DNA of 64,000 nt from the human T2T-CHM13v2.0 reference genome, Homo sapiens: the NCBI RefSeq assembly GCF_009914755.1, contig NC_060947.1. One strand, 5' to 3'. How positions within the stretch are numbered: position 1 is the first letter of the stretch; every line of letters starts with the position of its first letter. The translations under genes were made by a program, and so were the position numbers. Below are positions 1 through 18,989 of this stretch, piece by piece. The notes below the pieces were generated by a model. That model had not been told where the DNA came from and did not search any database. It was given only the letters and a program-made list of their open reading frames with translations.

Positions 1-385
1 GTTGTATTTAATTTAGTACTGACTCACGGGATCCCATTGCTAAACAGAGCCATCATTGAAAACTCAATCATATAAACGTAAAATTACGTAAATTATGTTA
101 AAAACAAAGGCAGTGAAAATACTAAAAACTCATCACTTTTATTATTTACCATGTTTTATTGTTACTTTACTTTTGAGGTTATTTATACATCTATTGTATC
201 TTTGTGGAGGAGATACTATACTATGGTGCTCTACTGTGCGTCTCTTCCCATCTCTGGGTTCAGTAGTTTCACAATTCAGTAATGTCATGCTCACGATGAA
301 TGAATACGCAATGGAAATTGGCTACACTACAAATCAGCCCTTGCCTAAAGCCGACTGTTAAGCATTTCACCAGCACGCCGCTAAA
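1..385. mobile_element. hAT-type DNA transposon relic (MER63-like)
   Basis: Ends in ttaagcatttcaccagcacgccgct, resembling the MER63 terminus ccagcacaccactg. Confidence 0.45.
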
Positions 386-442
386 TTTTAGATGACTCTG
401 GGAAGGTGGAATGTGCAATGTGATAATTATGTATTTTCCTGC

Positions 443-520
443 AGAGCAGACTGCTCTTATAGACTTTTATAAGAGCAGACTGCTCTTATAGACTTTTATA
501 AGAGCAGACTGCTCTTATAG
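443..520. repeat. 29-bp tandem repeat, about 2.7 copies, with a palindromic unit
   Basis: agagcagactgctcttatagacttttata at 443-471 and 472-500, partial copy at 501-520. Confidence 0.95.
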
Positions 521-1874
521 GTTGATCAGGTATTTGCACCTAGGAAATTGTTGTGAGAAATTTTGAGGTTAAGATGAGTTTCAATTGTTATCACAGTGAT
601 GATCACATAATAACTGTGATCATTGATTTTGTGGGCTCATAAACGAAGCTATTGGCTGACTTTTGTCTGTCATAGTGCTTAGCAGTGTTTGACCAATGAC
701 TGACCAAATATCTCGCATTTAATCTACCTTCCCCCCTACTCCCTTTTTTAGGGACTAGATCTGTCATTCAGGCTACAGCACAGTGGCACAATCATAGCTC
801 ACTGCAGCCCCAGTGGAGCCACCTGTTGATCTAAGGGGCTTGGTCAAATTACGTTAAAACTGTAATGTTTTGTTGTTACATTAGAAAAATAAATTATTTA
901 ACTACTTGAGAGGCCATGGAGTACCCAGGTACTCAGACATCCATATTTTGTTCTGCTAAATGGGCGTCTGTGATGTATCCTGAATGAATTCTTGAATTAT
1001 ATTTTGTGTATGGTTTAAGGTAGAGGTTGAGAGTAGTTTTTTTTGAAACACAAATATATAGTAGTTCTAACATCATTTGTTGTTTCCTTCATTGAGTTAC
1101 CTTGGTGCTAAGTTATTAAAAATCAAATGACTATATGTGTGGATCTATTTCTGGATTCTGGATTCTCTTCCATTGCTATATTTGGGTATCCTTGGGTCAG
1201 TTTGACAGTGTTGAATGTCATTGCTTTATAAGCCTTGAAATTAAGATAGTTGTATATTATACTGTAGCTTTATAATGAGCCTTGAAATTCCTTGAACCCT
1301 CCTCTTTCCCTTGCCCGCCTCCGCCCCCAGGATTATTGTGGCAGTTTGTATTTTCCTGATTGCAGCAATATTTTCCATTCCTTATGGTCTTTTTCCTAGT
1401 GACTTTGACACTCCTCCCACCCAGGGGTGGGATCTATATTCCCTCTTCATGAATCTGGATGGGAGTTTGTGACTGACTGCCTGTTCCTACAGAATGCAGT
1501 GGAAGTTAACACTGCATTTGCTCTCTCCCTTTCTTGGGACTTTCACCTCCTGAACTCAGCTCCTATGCTGTAAGGAAGCCTAGACTGACTCACATAGAGT
1601 AGCAGCCTATCTATCTGTGTGAGTGTAGAGTCTTCAGACCCAGCCTGTAAGTCTTCTGGCTAAAGCCTCAGACATGAAACAAAGACAAACCACAGTGCTG
1701 TGGCTGAATTCCTGATCCACAAAATCTGAGAGCATAATATATGATTGTTTTGCTTCATGAAGTTTTGGAGTAATTTGTAGTACAGCCGAAGTAACTGGAA
1801 CACTGCTGGGTTTTTTTGTATCTTCATATGAATTTTAGAACCAGTTTGTCAATTACATAAAAACCTACTTTTTT

Positions 1875-2186
1875 GCCGGGCGTGGTGGCTCACTCCTGTA
1901 ATCCCAGCACTTTGGGAGGCTGAGGCAGGCGGATCACCTGAGGTCGGGAGTTTGAGATCAGCCTGACCAACATGGAGAAACCCCGTCTCTACTAAAAATA
2001 CAAAAAATTAGCCAGGCGTGGTGGTGCATGCCTGTAATCCCAGCTACTTGGGAGGCTGAGGCAGGAGAATCACTTGAACCTGGGAGGAGGAGGTTGTGGT
2101 GAGCCGAGATTGTCATTGCACTCCAGCCTGGGCAAAAAGAGCAAAACTCTATCTCAAAAAAAAAAAAAAAAAGAAAAAAGAAAAAA
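1875..2186 (+). mobile_element. AluS with target-site duplication
   Basis: gccgggcgtggtggctcac...poly(A); aaaaacctactttt on both flanks. Confidence 0.93.
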
Positions 2187-2652
2187 CCTACTTTTTAATT
2201 GAGATTGTATTGAATATATAGATCAATATATGGAGAGAATGAACATCTTAAAAATATTGAGTCTTGCAAAACATAAACAGTATATCACTGTTATTTTAGG
2301 TCATCTTCAATTTCTTGGCAGTGTTTTGTAGTTTGCAGTGTTTTCTAGTTTACAGTGAACAGGTCTTGTGCATCTTTCATTGAATTTACTACAACATAAT
2401 TTTTGCAATTAAAATTATTTTGTTTTCCAATTCATCATTTCTAATACACAAAAATTCAAATGACTTTTTAATATTGGTCTTATAATGTGTGACCTTGCTT
2501 CTGGTACCTTTTTGTAGATTTTTCTGGGTTTTCTATATACACCGTTATATTATCTGCCAATGAAGACAGAATTATTGTTGTACCTCCTTTCTAATCTCTT
2601 TGACTTTTATTTCTTTTCTTTTGTTGCACTGGCTAGGAACTCCAGTACAGTG

Positions 2653-2973
<321 letters not shown>

Positions 2974-2977
2974 TTAG

Positions 2978-5549
<2,572 letters not shown>

Positions 5550-5805
5550 TTTTTTGTTATTTTTAAATTTGAGAGGACAAACTAGAGGACTAATTTGAGA
5601 TTTTCTAGGTTTTTCCCTGTAATATAGACATTAGTATTTGCTGATTTTAGTCTGATTTTCCAAAATTGCAACTTAGAATAAATTTACTATTTAAAATAGA
5701 ATATTTGGAGGTTTCTTATTACATTTATGTCTGTTTCTTTAAATATCTCAATCTAGTTAGGTATAAAAGTAAATATTTTCTTATTTAACGTATTACTTCT
5801 TGTAG

Positions 5806-5956
5806 GAAACTTTGAGGGAAATTTTGAGTCACTGGACCTTGCGGAATTTGCTAAGAAGCAGCCATGGTGGCGTAAGCTGTTCGGGCAGGAATCTGGACCT
5901 TCAGCAGAAAAGTATAGCGTGGCAACCCAGCTGTTCATTGGAGGTGTCACTGGATG
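5806..5956 (+). CDS. FUNDC2: FUNDC2 coding exon 2 (exon 1 lies upstream of the window)
   Basis: tgtag|GA AAC TTT GAG ... GGA TG|gtaagt; translates (G)[49 protein letters not shown](W), matching FUN14-domain protein FUNDC2. Confidence 0.96.
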
Positions 5957-8900
5957 GTAAGTGATGTGAAAGATGTCCACTGTCTTTTGTGCATGATTTA
6001 GTATTGCAGTTATAGGTACCATCATCTCCTTTAACCAGTGAAAACACATTGGCTTCTGTGAAATTGGTCACTTAATGTGGAGCATGTATCTAAACATCAT
6101 CTTAAAGTACCATTTAATGGTTACACATAATGATTGTTTCCTATATGCCAGGTTCTGTTTGAAGTATTTACATAGATATCTCATTTCCTTCTCACAACTC
6201 TGGAATTAGTACTGTTATTTTCTATCCTCATTTTATAGAAACTGAGGCTCAGAAAGGTTAGTTTGCCCAAGGCCACATAGCTGGTAACTGGTAGAATAAG
6301 GAGCTAACTACTTATTAGCTATGTCAGATGATAACTTAATGTGACACAGCTTATGGTTTCATTTGTAATAAATTCAAAAAGTAATAGCAAATTTCATAGG
6401 TGAATATTGAATCCATTAATCTCATAGACTCTTTACATTTGAAAAATTTTATAGCACCATATAGCAAATATAGAACAGCACATTTAACAGGTGTACATTT
6501 TAGCAAATACTTGGAGTGAACACCTATGTAACAACTGCTAAGGTTAAAAAAAACGTGGCTAGCGCCCTAGAAACTCGAGAGGTTATTAAGCAGTTATTTC
6601 ATTGCTTTTCTTTGTAGTTTTAACACCAGTTATGTCACTAAATAACATACTGTGGTTTACCTGCTTTCCACCTTAAAGTAAATGCAATCAGTATGTATTC
6701 TTTTGAGTCTTGCTTTTTTCGCTCAACCTGATGTTTCATATATTCAACTACATTGTGTATAGTTGTAGTTTCTTCACTTTCACTTGTATTTTGAGTTCCA
6801 TTATGTGAATATACCACAGTATATCCAGTTGATGACTGATATTGGAGTTGTTTCCATTTTTGGCTAATACTATGCTTATATGAGTATTAGATTTCCCAGT
6901 GTATATGTGCATACATTTCTGTAGGGTCTGTACCTAGAAATTGCTAGGTAATGGGTATAGGTATCTTCAGCTTCACTAAATAATGTCAAACCACCTTCCA
7001 AAACTGTTTTTAACAGTTTACAGTCCCAGCAAGGACCAAATGAACCTGTTGTTCTACATGGTGGCACTTGATTTTGCCAGGCTATTAAATTTTTAAAAAA
7101 TTAGTTAATTTTTCCTTAGCGAGGTAATCAAGTTAAATCCAGACTATAAAAATTTTACCAGTCTGGTAGTTAGGTAGTAGTATTTCATGGTGGCTTCATT
7201 TACATTTCCCTGAGTAGGAGTGACATTGATCGACTTTTACGTATGTTTGTTGACCATTTGGATCTCCTCTTTCAGTTCCACTCTAGTTTTTTTCCTCTGA
7301 AGTTGTCATTCTTTCCCTTGTTAAGCTGTAAGAGTTCTTTATATATTCTGAATATTCTCAGTCCTTTGTTAGTTGTGTGTATTATAGATATTTTCACTCA
7401 TTCTGTGGTTATCTTTTCGTTTTATGGTATCTTTTGATGAACTGAAGATCTTATTTTTAATATAGTCAATTTTATCAATCTTAACCTTAATGGTTAGTGA
7501 TTTTTGTGGCTTATTTAAGTAATCTTTGCCTACCCCATGTTTCAGAACTTTTATTATTTGACCTTTCACATTTAGATTTATTATCCACCTGGAATTGTTA
7601 TTGTGCTCAGTATGTGGTAGATTCCTTCTTTTCTTCCCCATGTGGAATACCCATTTGTCCCAACTTAATTTATTGTGAAAGCTATCCCTTTCCCCGCTGC
7701 TTTATGTGAGTGTGTGTGCGCATGCATATGTGTGTGTCTGCTATCTTGTTCTTTAGGAACATCTTGGCTATTTTCTTTATCTCTTAGTTTTTAAATTTAA
7801 TAAATAGGTATATTATAAGTTGCACATATTTAAAGTATAAAATTTGATACATTTTTACATATGTACATGCCCATAAAACCATCACCACAGTCAAGATAAT
7901 GAACATACCTATCACTTCAAAAGCTGCTTTGTACCTCTTTGTAATTCCACGCTCTTTCCTTCATGCCATCCTCCCGCCACTGATCTGCTTTCTATTACTA
8001 TAGATTATGTTTTCTAGATTCTTTTTAGAAGTGGAATTACATAGTATATATTCTTTTTTGTCTGGCTTCTCTTATTCACCATAATAATATATTTTTTTGT
8101 TTTGAGACGGAGTCTTGCTCTGTTGCCCAGACTGGAGTGCAGTGGCACGATCTTGGCTCACCGCCTCCTGGGTTCAAGCAGTTCTCCTGCATCAGCCTTC
8201 ACCATAATAATTTTGAGATAATCTGTGCTTTTCTGTTTATCAACAGTTCATTCCTTTTTATTGCTAAGTAGTACTCCATTGTATGGATGTACCACAATCT
8301 GTTTCTCCATCCACCTTTGATGGACATTTGAGTTTTTTTTTCACTTTTTAGCTGTTACAGATAAAACTTCAAGTTTGTATACAAGTGTACAAGTCTTTGT
8401 ATGAACATATGCTTTCATTTCTTTTGGGTAAATATCTAGGAATAGTATGGCTGAGTCACGTAGTAAGTGAATGTTCTAAATTTACAAGTACCTGCCAGTT
8501 TTTAAAGTGCCTGTACCATCTTACATCTCCACCAGCAATGTGTGAGGGTTCCAGTTCCTCTGCATCCTTACTAACACTTGGTATTATCTTTTTGATTACG
8601 AACATCTTAGTGGGTATGAAGTTGTATCTCATTGTGGTTTGAATTTGCGTTTCTCTAATGACTAATGATGTTGAGCATTTTCACGGGCTTATTTTTTGCC
8701 ATTCATATATCTTTGATGACTTATTTGTTCAAATCTTTTTCCACATATTTTTATTGGGTTGTTGGTTTTCTTTCACTGCTGAATCGTGAGAGTTCTTTAA
8801 ATATTCTGGATAGAAGTCTTAGATATGTGATTTGCAAATATATTACTTCTCTGTAGCTTTTCATTATCTGAACTGTACCTTTCAAAGAGCAGAAGTTCTT

Positions 8901-9812
8901 AATCTTGAAGTGCAGCTCTTTTGTAGCTCCAGCTTTTGGTGTCATGTCTGAGAATATTTGCCTAATCCAGGGTCACCAAGATTTTCTCTCGCTTTTTCTA
9001 GATTGTATATAGGTTCGGATTTTATATTTAGTTCTGTGATCCATTTTGATTTACTTTTTGTATATAGTATAAGGTAGGAATCCAAGTTTTTTTTGCGTAT
9101 GGGTATCTAGTTGTCCCCACATTTGTAAAAAAAAGACTGTCTTTTTCTCCACTGAATTGTCTTTACACCTATGTTGAAAATCAGTTGACTATATGTTTTT
9201 GAGCTCTTTGTACTGCCAAATTGATCTAGGTGCCATTATCATGCTGTTTTGATTACTGTAACTTAGGTAATGCAAGTCTTGAAATTTTGTTTTTCATCAA
9301 AGCTATTTTGAGTATTCTAGGTATTTAGCATTTCCATCTGAATTTTATCTTGTTTTTATACACTCCTCCATATGAATTTTAGAATTAGGTTGCTGCCAGT
9401 TTCTGCCAGACACCCGATGAGATTTTGACTGGGATTGCATTGATCCATAAACATTGGTGTATCTCTCCAATTTGTTTAGGTTTTCTTTAATTTCTCTCAG
9501 CAATGCTTTGTAGATCTTACACATCTTATATCAGATTTATTCCTAAGTATTTCATATTTTTGATACCATTATAAATGGTATTACTTTCAAAATTTCAAGT
9601 TGCCATTGTTCATTGCTTGTATAGTATATAGAAATGCAATAGTTTTCTTTGTATATTGATCTTGTATATTGTAGTCTTGCTAAAAGCCACTTACTAGTTG
9701 CAGAGTTCAGGGGTCCCCAAGACCACTGTCATGTTTGATAGTTCTCTAGGAGAATTCACAGAACTCAGAGCTGTTCCACTCAGGGTTATTTTTTTATTTT
9801 TTATTTTTTTAA

Positions 9813-10668
<856 letters not shown>

Positions 10669-13600
10669 TTATTTGTGGCGTACATGATGTTTTGATATAT
10701 GTATACATTCTGGAATGGCTAAATCAAGCTATTTAACATGTATTACCTCACATACTTACCATGTTTTTGTGGTGAGAACACTTAAAACCTACTCTTATAG
10801 CAATTTTCAAATATATAATATGTTGTTATTAACTGTAGTCACCATGATATACAGTAGATATCCTAAACTTCTTCCTCCTAACTGGAATTTTTGTGTCCTT
10901 GACCAACATTTCCCCAACCGCCCCACCCCACAACCTTTGGTCACCACCATTCTCTGTTTCTATGAATTTGACTTTTTTTAGATTCCACATATAAGTGAGA
11001 CCATTTGGTATTTGTCTTTCTGTGCCTGACTTATTTTACATAGCATAATGTCCTACAGGTTAATCCATGTTGTCACAAATATCAAGATTTCCTTTTTAAG
11101 GGTTGAACAGTATTCCATTATGTAATATACCACATTTTCATTATCCATCTGTTGATGGACACTTAAGTTGTCTCTATCTTGGATATTGTGAATAGTTGCA
11201 GTGAACACGGGAATGCAGATACCTCTTTAATGTACTGACTTCATATCCTTTGGCTGTATACCCAGTAGTGTGATTGCTGAATCATATGTTATTAGTTCTA
11301 CTATTTTTAATTTATTGAGGAGTCTCCATACAGTTTTCCATAATGGCTCTACTAATTTACATTCCTACCAACAGTGTACAAAGATTTCCTTTTCTCTACA
11401 TCCTCACCAACACTTGTTATCTCTTGTCTTTTTGATGATAGCCATCCTAACAGGTGTGAGGTGATAGCTCATTGTGGTTTGCATTTTCCTCATGATTAGT
11501 GATGTTGAGCATTTTTTTCATATACCTTATTTATTGGCCATTTGTATGTTTGTATGTCTTCTTTTGAGAAATGTCTATTCAGGTCCTTTGCCCATTTTTA
11601 AATCAGGTTGTATTTTTACAATTGAGTTGTTTAATCCCTTGTATATCTTTTATATTAATCTCTTATCAGATATATGCTTTGCAAATATTTTCTCCCATTC
11701 TTTAGGTTGTCTCTTCACTCTGTTGATTCCTTTGCTGTACAGAAGCTTTTTAGTTTGATGTAATCCCATTTGTCTATTTTTGCCTTTTGTTGCCTCTGCT
11801 TTTCGGGTCATATCCAAAAAATATTTGTGCAGACCAGTGTCATGGAGCTTTCTCCCTGTTTTCTTCTAACAGTTTTACAGTTTCAGGTCTTATATTTAAG
11901 TATTTAATCTGTTTCCAGTTGATTTTTGCAATGGTTTGAGATGAGGGTCTCTTTTGCATGTGGATAAACAGTTTGCTTAGGACCATTTTTTGAAGAGACT
12001 ATCCTTTCCCTGTTGTGTGTTCTTGGCATCTTTGTCAAAAATCAGTTGACTGTAAATACGTGGATTTATTTCTGGGCTCTCTATTCTGATCCGTTGGTCT
12101 ATGTGTTTGTTTTTAATGCCAGGACCATGTTGTTTTGGTTACTATAGCTTTGTAGTATATTTTGAGATCAGGTAGTATGATGATGCCTCCAACTTTGTTC
12201 TTTTTGCTGAAGATTGCTTTGGCTATTAGGGGTCTTTTGTACTTCCATGTGAATTTTAGGATTTTTTTTCCTCTTTCTGTGAAAAATGTCATTGGAATTT
12301 TGATGTGGATTGCATTGAATCTGTAGATTGCTTTGGGAGGTATGGAGATTTTAGCAATTTTAATTCTTCCCATTCATGAACATGGAATATCTTTCTGTTT
12401 ATTTGTGTTGTCTTCAATTTCTTTCATCAGCCTTCTGTAGTTTTCAGTGTATGGACCTTTTGCCTTCTTGGCTAGATTTATTCATAAGTGTATATTTTTT
12501 GTAAGTGGGACGTTTGTTTTTGTTATTACTGGGTTCAAAATTACCATCTTGGTATTTAATCGTACATATATAACATATATACTGAGGTGAAATTCACATA
12601 ACATAAAACTAACCATTTTAAAGTGAATAGTACAACTTAGTACATTCACAATATTGTACAACCACTATCTCTATATGGTTTTAAAATCCTTTTATCACCT
12701 CCAAATAAAACTGAGTACCCACTGAGCAGTTACTCCTAATTCTTCCTTCCTACAACTCCTGGCAACCACAGTCTGCTTTCTGTCCTTATGGATTGACCTA
12801 TTCTGAATATTTCATATATATTGAATCATGCAATGGCTGAACTTTCGTGTTTGGCTTCTTTCACTTAGCATAATGCTTTTGAGGTTCATGCATGTTATAG
12901 TGTATATATATTGCTACTTCATTCCTTTTTATAGCTCAATAGGATTCCACTGTATGTATATGCCACAGTTTGTTCATCCAGACATCTGTTGGTGGACATC
13001 TGGGGTATTTCCACCTTTTAACTGTTGTGAATAATGCTGCTATGAACATTGGGTATAAGTATTTTTTCAATACCTATTTTTAGGTCTTCTATTTTTTTGT
13101 ATATACCCAGGAGTGGAATTGTTGGATCATATGATAATTCTATGTTTACTTTTTTGAGGACCCACCTAACTTTTGAGCATCTTTTCATGTACTTCCTGGC
13201 CATTTGTATATCTTCTCCAGATAAATGTCAACTCAAGTCCTTTGCCCATTTTTTAATTGGGTTTATCTTTTTGTTATTGAGTTGTAAGAGTTCTTTATAT
13301 GTTCTGGATTCTAGACCCTTACCAGACACGATTTGCAAATATTTTGTCCTGTTCTCTAACTTGTCTTTTTCACTGTTTTGATAATGTTCTTTGATACAAG
13401 AAAGTTTTTAATTTTGATGAAGTCCAATTTATTTTTAATTTTGATGAGGTCCAATTTATTTTTTTTGTTGCTTAGATCAAATATTTTCAATTCCATTTTC
13501 ATAATTCTATTTTTATGGATATTTTCATAATTATGTCCTTTGTTGGCTTATTAGCTATAACTGTTTGTTGTGTAATTTTAGTGGTTGCTTTAGGGTTTAT

Positions 13601-14189
13601 AGGAGACATCTTCTACTCGTAGTCTGCCTTCAAGAAATCTAACGCTTCATATATGATATAACAGTATGCTTCCATTTTCCCCTTCCCCCTTTGTTTTCAT
13701 TGCTATAAATTTTACTTTTAAAATTATGTAAATTCATAATACATTCTTATTATTTTTGCATTAAATGTTGAATTTTTATAGTTTTTAATAACAAGAAGGA
13801 AGCCTTTCACATTTTACTCCATAGTTTCTATTTCTTGTGCTCTTCATGCCTTTGTGTGGATCCTGATTTCTATATGATATCATTTTCCCCTGCCTGAAAG
13901 ACTTCCTTTAACATTTCTTATATTGCTGGTCTGCTGGGGATATTTTTTTTTTCAGGTTTTGTATCTGTGAAAAAGGTCTTTATTTCATTTCTGTTTTTGC
14001 AAGATCACTTAGTGTAGAATTCTAGATTGACAGGGTTGTTGCTTTTTTTTCAGTACATTAAAAATGTTATTTCATTGTCTTTTGGCTTTGTATTATTTTC
14101 TGTGAGAAATGTGTTCACTTCAGACTTTATTCCTCTGTACCTAATGCCTCTTTTTTCCCCCCTTCAGGCTCCTTTTAAGATTTCCTCTA

Positions 14190-14919
<730 letters not shown>

Positions 14920-15351
14920 TGAGCTTTTTGGATCTGTGGGTTTATAGTTTTCACGAAGCTTGGAATATTTTCTGTTGTCCTTCAAATATTTTTTTCTGTC
15001 CTCCTTCAGTGATTCCAATTACACATTTATTAGGGTGTGTGAAGTTTTTCCACAGTTCATTAATACTGTTTACTTTTTAGAAACTTTATTTTGAGATAAT
15101 TGTACATTCACATGCAGTTAGAAATAATCCATAGAGGTCTTATACCCATTCCCCAGTTCCCCCTATGGTAGCATCTTGTCTAACTATAGTTCAGTATCAT
15201 AACCATTTTCATTTTTTTGTCTCTTTTCTGTTTCATTTTTGATAGTTTTTATTGCTATTTCATGAAGTTTATTAATCTTCTACAGTGTCTAAACTGCTAT
15301 ATTTTTCGTCTCGGACATTGTAGTTTTTATTTCTATAAGTTTGATTTGCAT

Positions 15352-15644
<293 letters not shown>

Positions 15645-16319
15645 AAGATTTGCATGTTTTTAAAAGAGCTTCCTTGCCTCTACTTATTATGTGCAATCTT
15701 TTCTCTAGCTTCTTGAACATATGGAATATAATTGTAATAACTTTTAATGCTTTTGTCTACTAATTTTTTCATCAGTATCATTTCTGGGTTTCTTTTAGTT
15801 TATTTTTTTTTGATCGTGGTATTTTTCTGCCTTGCAAGCCTGGTAGTTTTTAATTAGATGGCAGATATTATGAATTTTACTTCATTGGGTGCTAGATATT
15901 TTTTATTCTTATAAATGTGCTTGATTCTTGTTCTTGGATGCAGTTACTTAGAAATCACTTGATCTTTTTGGGTCTTGCTTTGTTATTAGGCTTTATTTAA
16001 AATGTGTGTTTTGTTTTAAAAAGAGAAAAAGCCAGGTGTTGTAAACAGTGCAACAATTTTTGTAACAGCAAAAATCTGTAACCATTCTAAATATGTCAGT
16101 TACTCTGATTATACTTTAGTAAGTCTGAACAGTGGAATGCTCTTAAAATGGACCCTTATCATTTATTTACTGGTCCTACCACCCTTCCAATTTCAGAGTC
16201 GCTTCAGAAATATACTGCCTGACATCTAACTTTTGTTTAAAAAAGATTAAAAGTCTTATGAGGTTCTCCATGCATTGTTGTATTTGTAATTCTTTCTCTT
16301 ACTGAGCTGAAATGTAATA

Positions 16320-18260
16320 AGGGGAGAACAGTAGACAATGAGGGTAGTGAGGTAATGGGAGACAAGATGTTAAGTGTAAGGCTTTAACTTTCTCTCTTAG
16401 TGAGGAGGGAAGCTACTGGAAGGTTATGAGCAGAAGTGTACCTTGATCTTACATTTTAGAGCAGGGGTCAGCAAAGTTTTTCTGTAAAGAGCCCATATGG
16501 TAAATATTGTAGGCTTTATGGATCACACAATCTCTGTTGCAACTTGATTTACAAAGAGACATCTGGCAGGATTTGGCTCCCAGGCTGCGGTTTGTCGACC
16601 CCTGTTTTAGGACTGTATGAGCTGCTATATTGAGAATAGATTCTAGGGGGTGAAAGTGGAGGTAAGAAGTCCAGATGAGGAGCTGTAACAGTAACCTACA
16701 TCAGAGATCATGGTATAGACCCAGCAGATAGAAAGTGAATACACAGAGCAAAGAGGTTCTAGGACTGAGCCTCAGAACAACCTAACATTCAGAAGTCAGA
16801 AAGAGGAGGACTCAGCAAAATTGTCTGATAAGGAATGGCCAGTGATATATGAGGAAAACCAAGAGAGAATGGTATTCCAGAGCAAAAAGATGTCAAGAAG
16901 GAGAGAGTACAATAGCAGAACAACAAATAACCTGATTTAAAAAATGGGGAAAAGACGTGAACAGACATTTCCCCAAAGAAGGCATAGAAATGGCCACCAG
17001 AGGTATATGAAAAGATGCTTAGCATCATCAATTATCAGGGAAATGCAAATTAAAAGCACAATGAGATATCAACTGGCACTTGTTAGAATGGCTGTTATCA
17101 AAAAGACAAGAGATAATTGTTGATGAGGGTGTGGAGAAAAAGGAACCCTAGTACACTGTTGGCGGGAATGTAGATTGTTACAACCATTATGGAAAACAGT
17201 ATGGAGGTTCCTAAAGAAATTAAAATTAGAACTACCATGCGACCCAGCAATTCCTCTTCTGAGTATATACCCCAAGGAAATGAAATCACCACCTCATAAA
17301 GATATCTGCCCTCTCATGTTCAGTGCAGCATTAATTTATAGTAGCCAAGATATGGAAACATCCTAAGTGTCCATCAATGGATGAATGGATAGAGAAAATG
17401 TGTCTACAATGGGATACTATTTAGCCTTAAAAAAGGAGATTGTGCTGTTTGCCATAGCATAGATTTTGGAGGACATTATGCTAAGTGAAGTAAGCCAGAC
17501 ATAGAAAGACAAAATACTGCATGATCTCATATGTGTGGGGAAAAAGTCATATATACAGTTGTATAATATAATAAATATAAAGAAATAAAACTGGTTACCA
17601 GGGATAGGATGGGAGGAAATGGGAAGATGTGGGTCAAAGGATACAAAGTAGCAAATATGTAAGAGGAGCAAGTCGAGAGATCCAATGTACAGCATGAGGA
17701 CTGCAGCTAATGCAATTGTATTGCCTTAGGGATTTCTGTGAATTAAGTGGATTTTAGCTGCTCTTATCACAAAAAAGTAACTATGTGAGATGATAGATAT
17801 ATTAATCTGATTCATTATAGTAACCACTTTACTTGTCTATATGTATCCCATAACATCATGTTGTAAACCTCAAATATACACAATAAAATACCTTTTTTAA
17901 AAAAAGGAGAGAGTAATCAACTGTGTCAAAAGCTGCTGTAGGTCAGATGAGATTAAAGCTGAGAAGTGAACACTAGCATTTGGTAAGGTCAAGATCAGTG
18001 GTAACCTTGATAGGAATGGTTTCATTGAAGTCATGGGACAAAAGCCTGAATGGTGTAGGTGTGAGAGAATATGGACACAGGACAAAAGAGACGGCCTCAA
18101 AGTAGTTTTGCTGTAAAGGAGAGCACAGAAAAGGGAAGGGGGCTGGAGAATTGGAGTCTAGGGAGGATTTTTTCAACAATGGTTAATGATTACAGCTGAT
18201 AGGTGTTCAGCAATGAAACAACAAAATCTCTGCCTTCATGAAGCTTACATTTTAGTATCG
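16320..18260 (+). mobile_element. L2 fragments with a nested MER58-like element (about 16461-16605) and an L1MA 3' end (about 16920-17895)
   Basis: Purine-rich L2 signatures; caggggtcagcaaa...gacccctg TIRs; [31 protein letters not shown] is the L1 ORF2 C-terminus. Confidence 0.75.
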
Positions 18261-18913
18261 GGTGGGGGCAGGAAGATAGACAGTAATAAAGAAACACATA
18301 ATTATATTAAACTGGCTACAAGATGTTGCCACTCAGATATCATATGGACATTTTGCATTCAACATATTCAAAATGACATTATCTCCTCCCCTCCCTTCCC
18401 CCACCTTTTCCTCTATTCCTCTTCCTTGTTTTTATATTGTAAAAAATGCCACATTCAGGACAGAATCTTGTGCCTTATCCCTTGCAACCATCCTGTCCTC
18501 AAACTCAGGAGTGTTTTTTTTTTTCTTCACAAACAGTTCCTCAGGTCTGCTCCCTCCTTGCCATCTCTACCTCGGCCCATTGGCATTCACTTCTCTTCTG
18601 GATCGCTACCTCACCGTCTTAACTAGAGTCTCTGCCTTCGTCCTCCCCCTTTAATCTCTTCTCCACAATGTAGCCAGAGTCATCTTTTAAAAATATAACC
18701 TGAGAGTTTTAAGGGACTTACTCAAGACCACAAGATTCATAGAGCCAAGATTTGATTTCCTTATGTCATGCTCCTCTTGGGGCTGGCTTTATGTAGGGGG
18801 TAGGAAGGAGCTAGGTCATCTTAAGCTAAGTAAGATATGAACATTGCCAGAAATGCATGTTTGTATGTAACTGACAGCTCATCAATTTGTCTGATGTTGG
18901 TTTGTTTTTGTAG

Positions 18914-18989
18914 GTGCACAGGTTTCATATTCCAGAAGGTTGGAAAGTTGGCTGCAACAGCTGTGGGAGGTGGATTTTTTCTCCTTCAG
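18914..18989 (+). CDS. FUNDC2: FUNDC2 coding exon 3
   Basis: ttgtag|G TGC ACA ... CTT CAG|gtctgt; [25 protein letters not shown]; phase matches exon 2. Confidence 0.96.

Noticed and set aside
443-520. CRISPR-like palindromic direct repeats
   Set aside because: No unique spacers, no cas genes, eukaryotic context; it is a simple tandem repeat.
8075-8211. 14-bp direct repeats flanking about 110 bp
   Set aside because: An ordinary TSD around a 5'-truncated Alu inside L1.
13405-13458. 27-bp tandem duplication
   Set aside because: A local slippage duplication within an old L1, with no functional cue.
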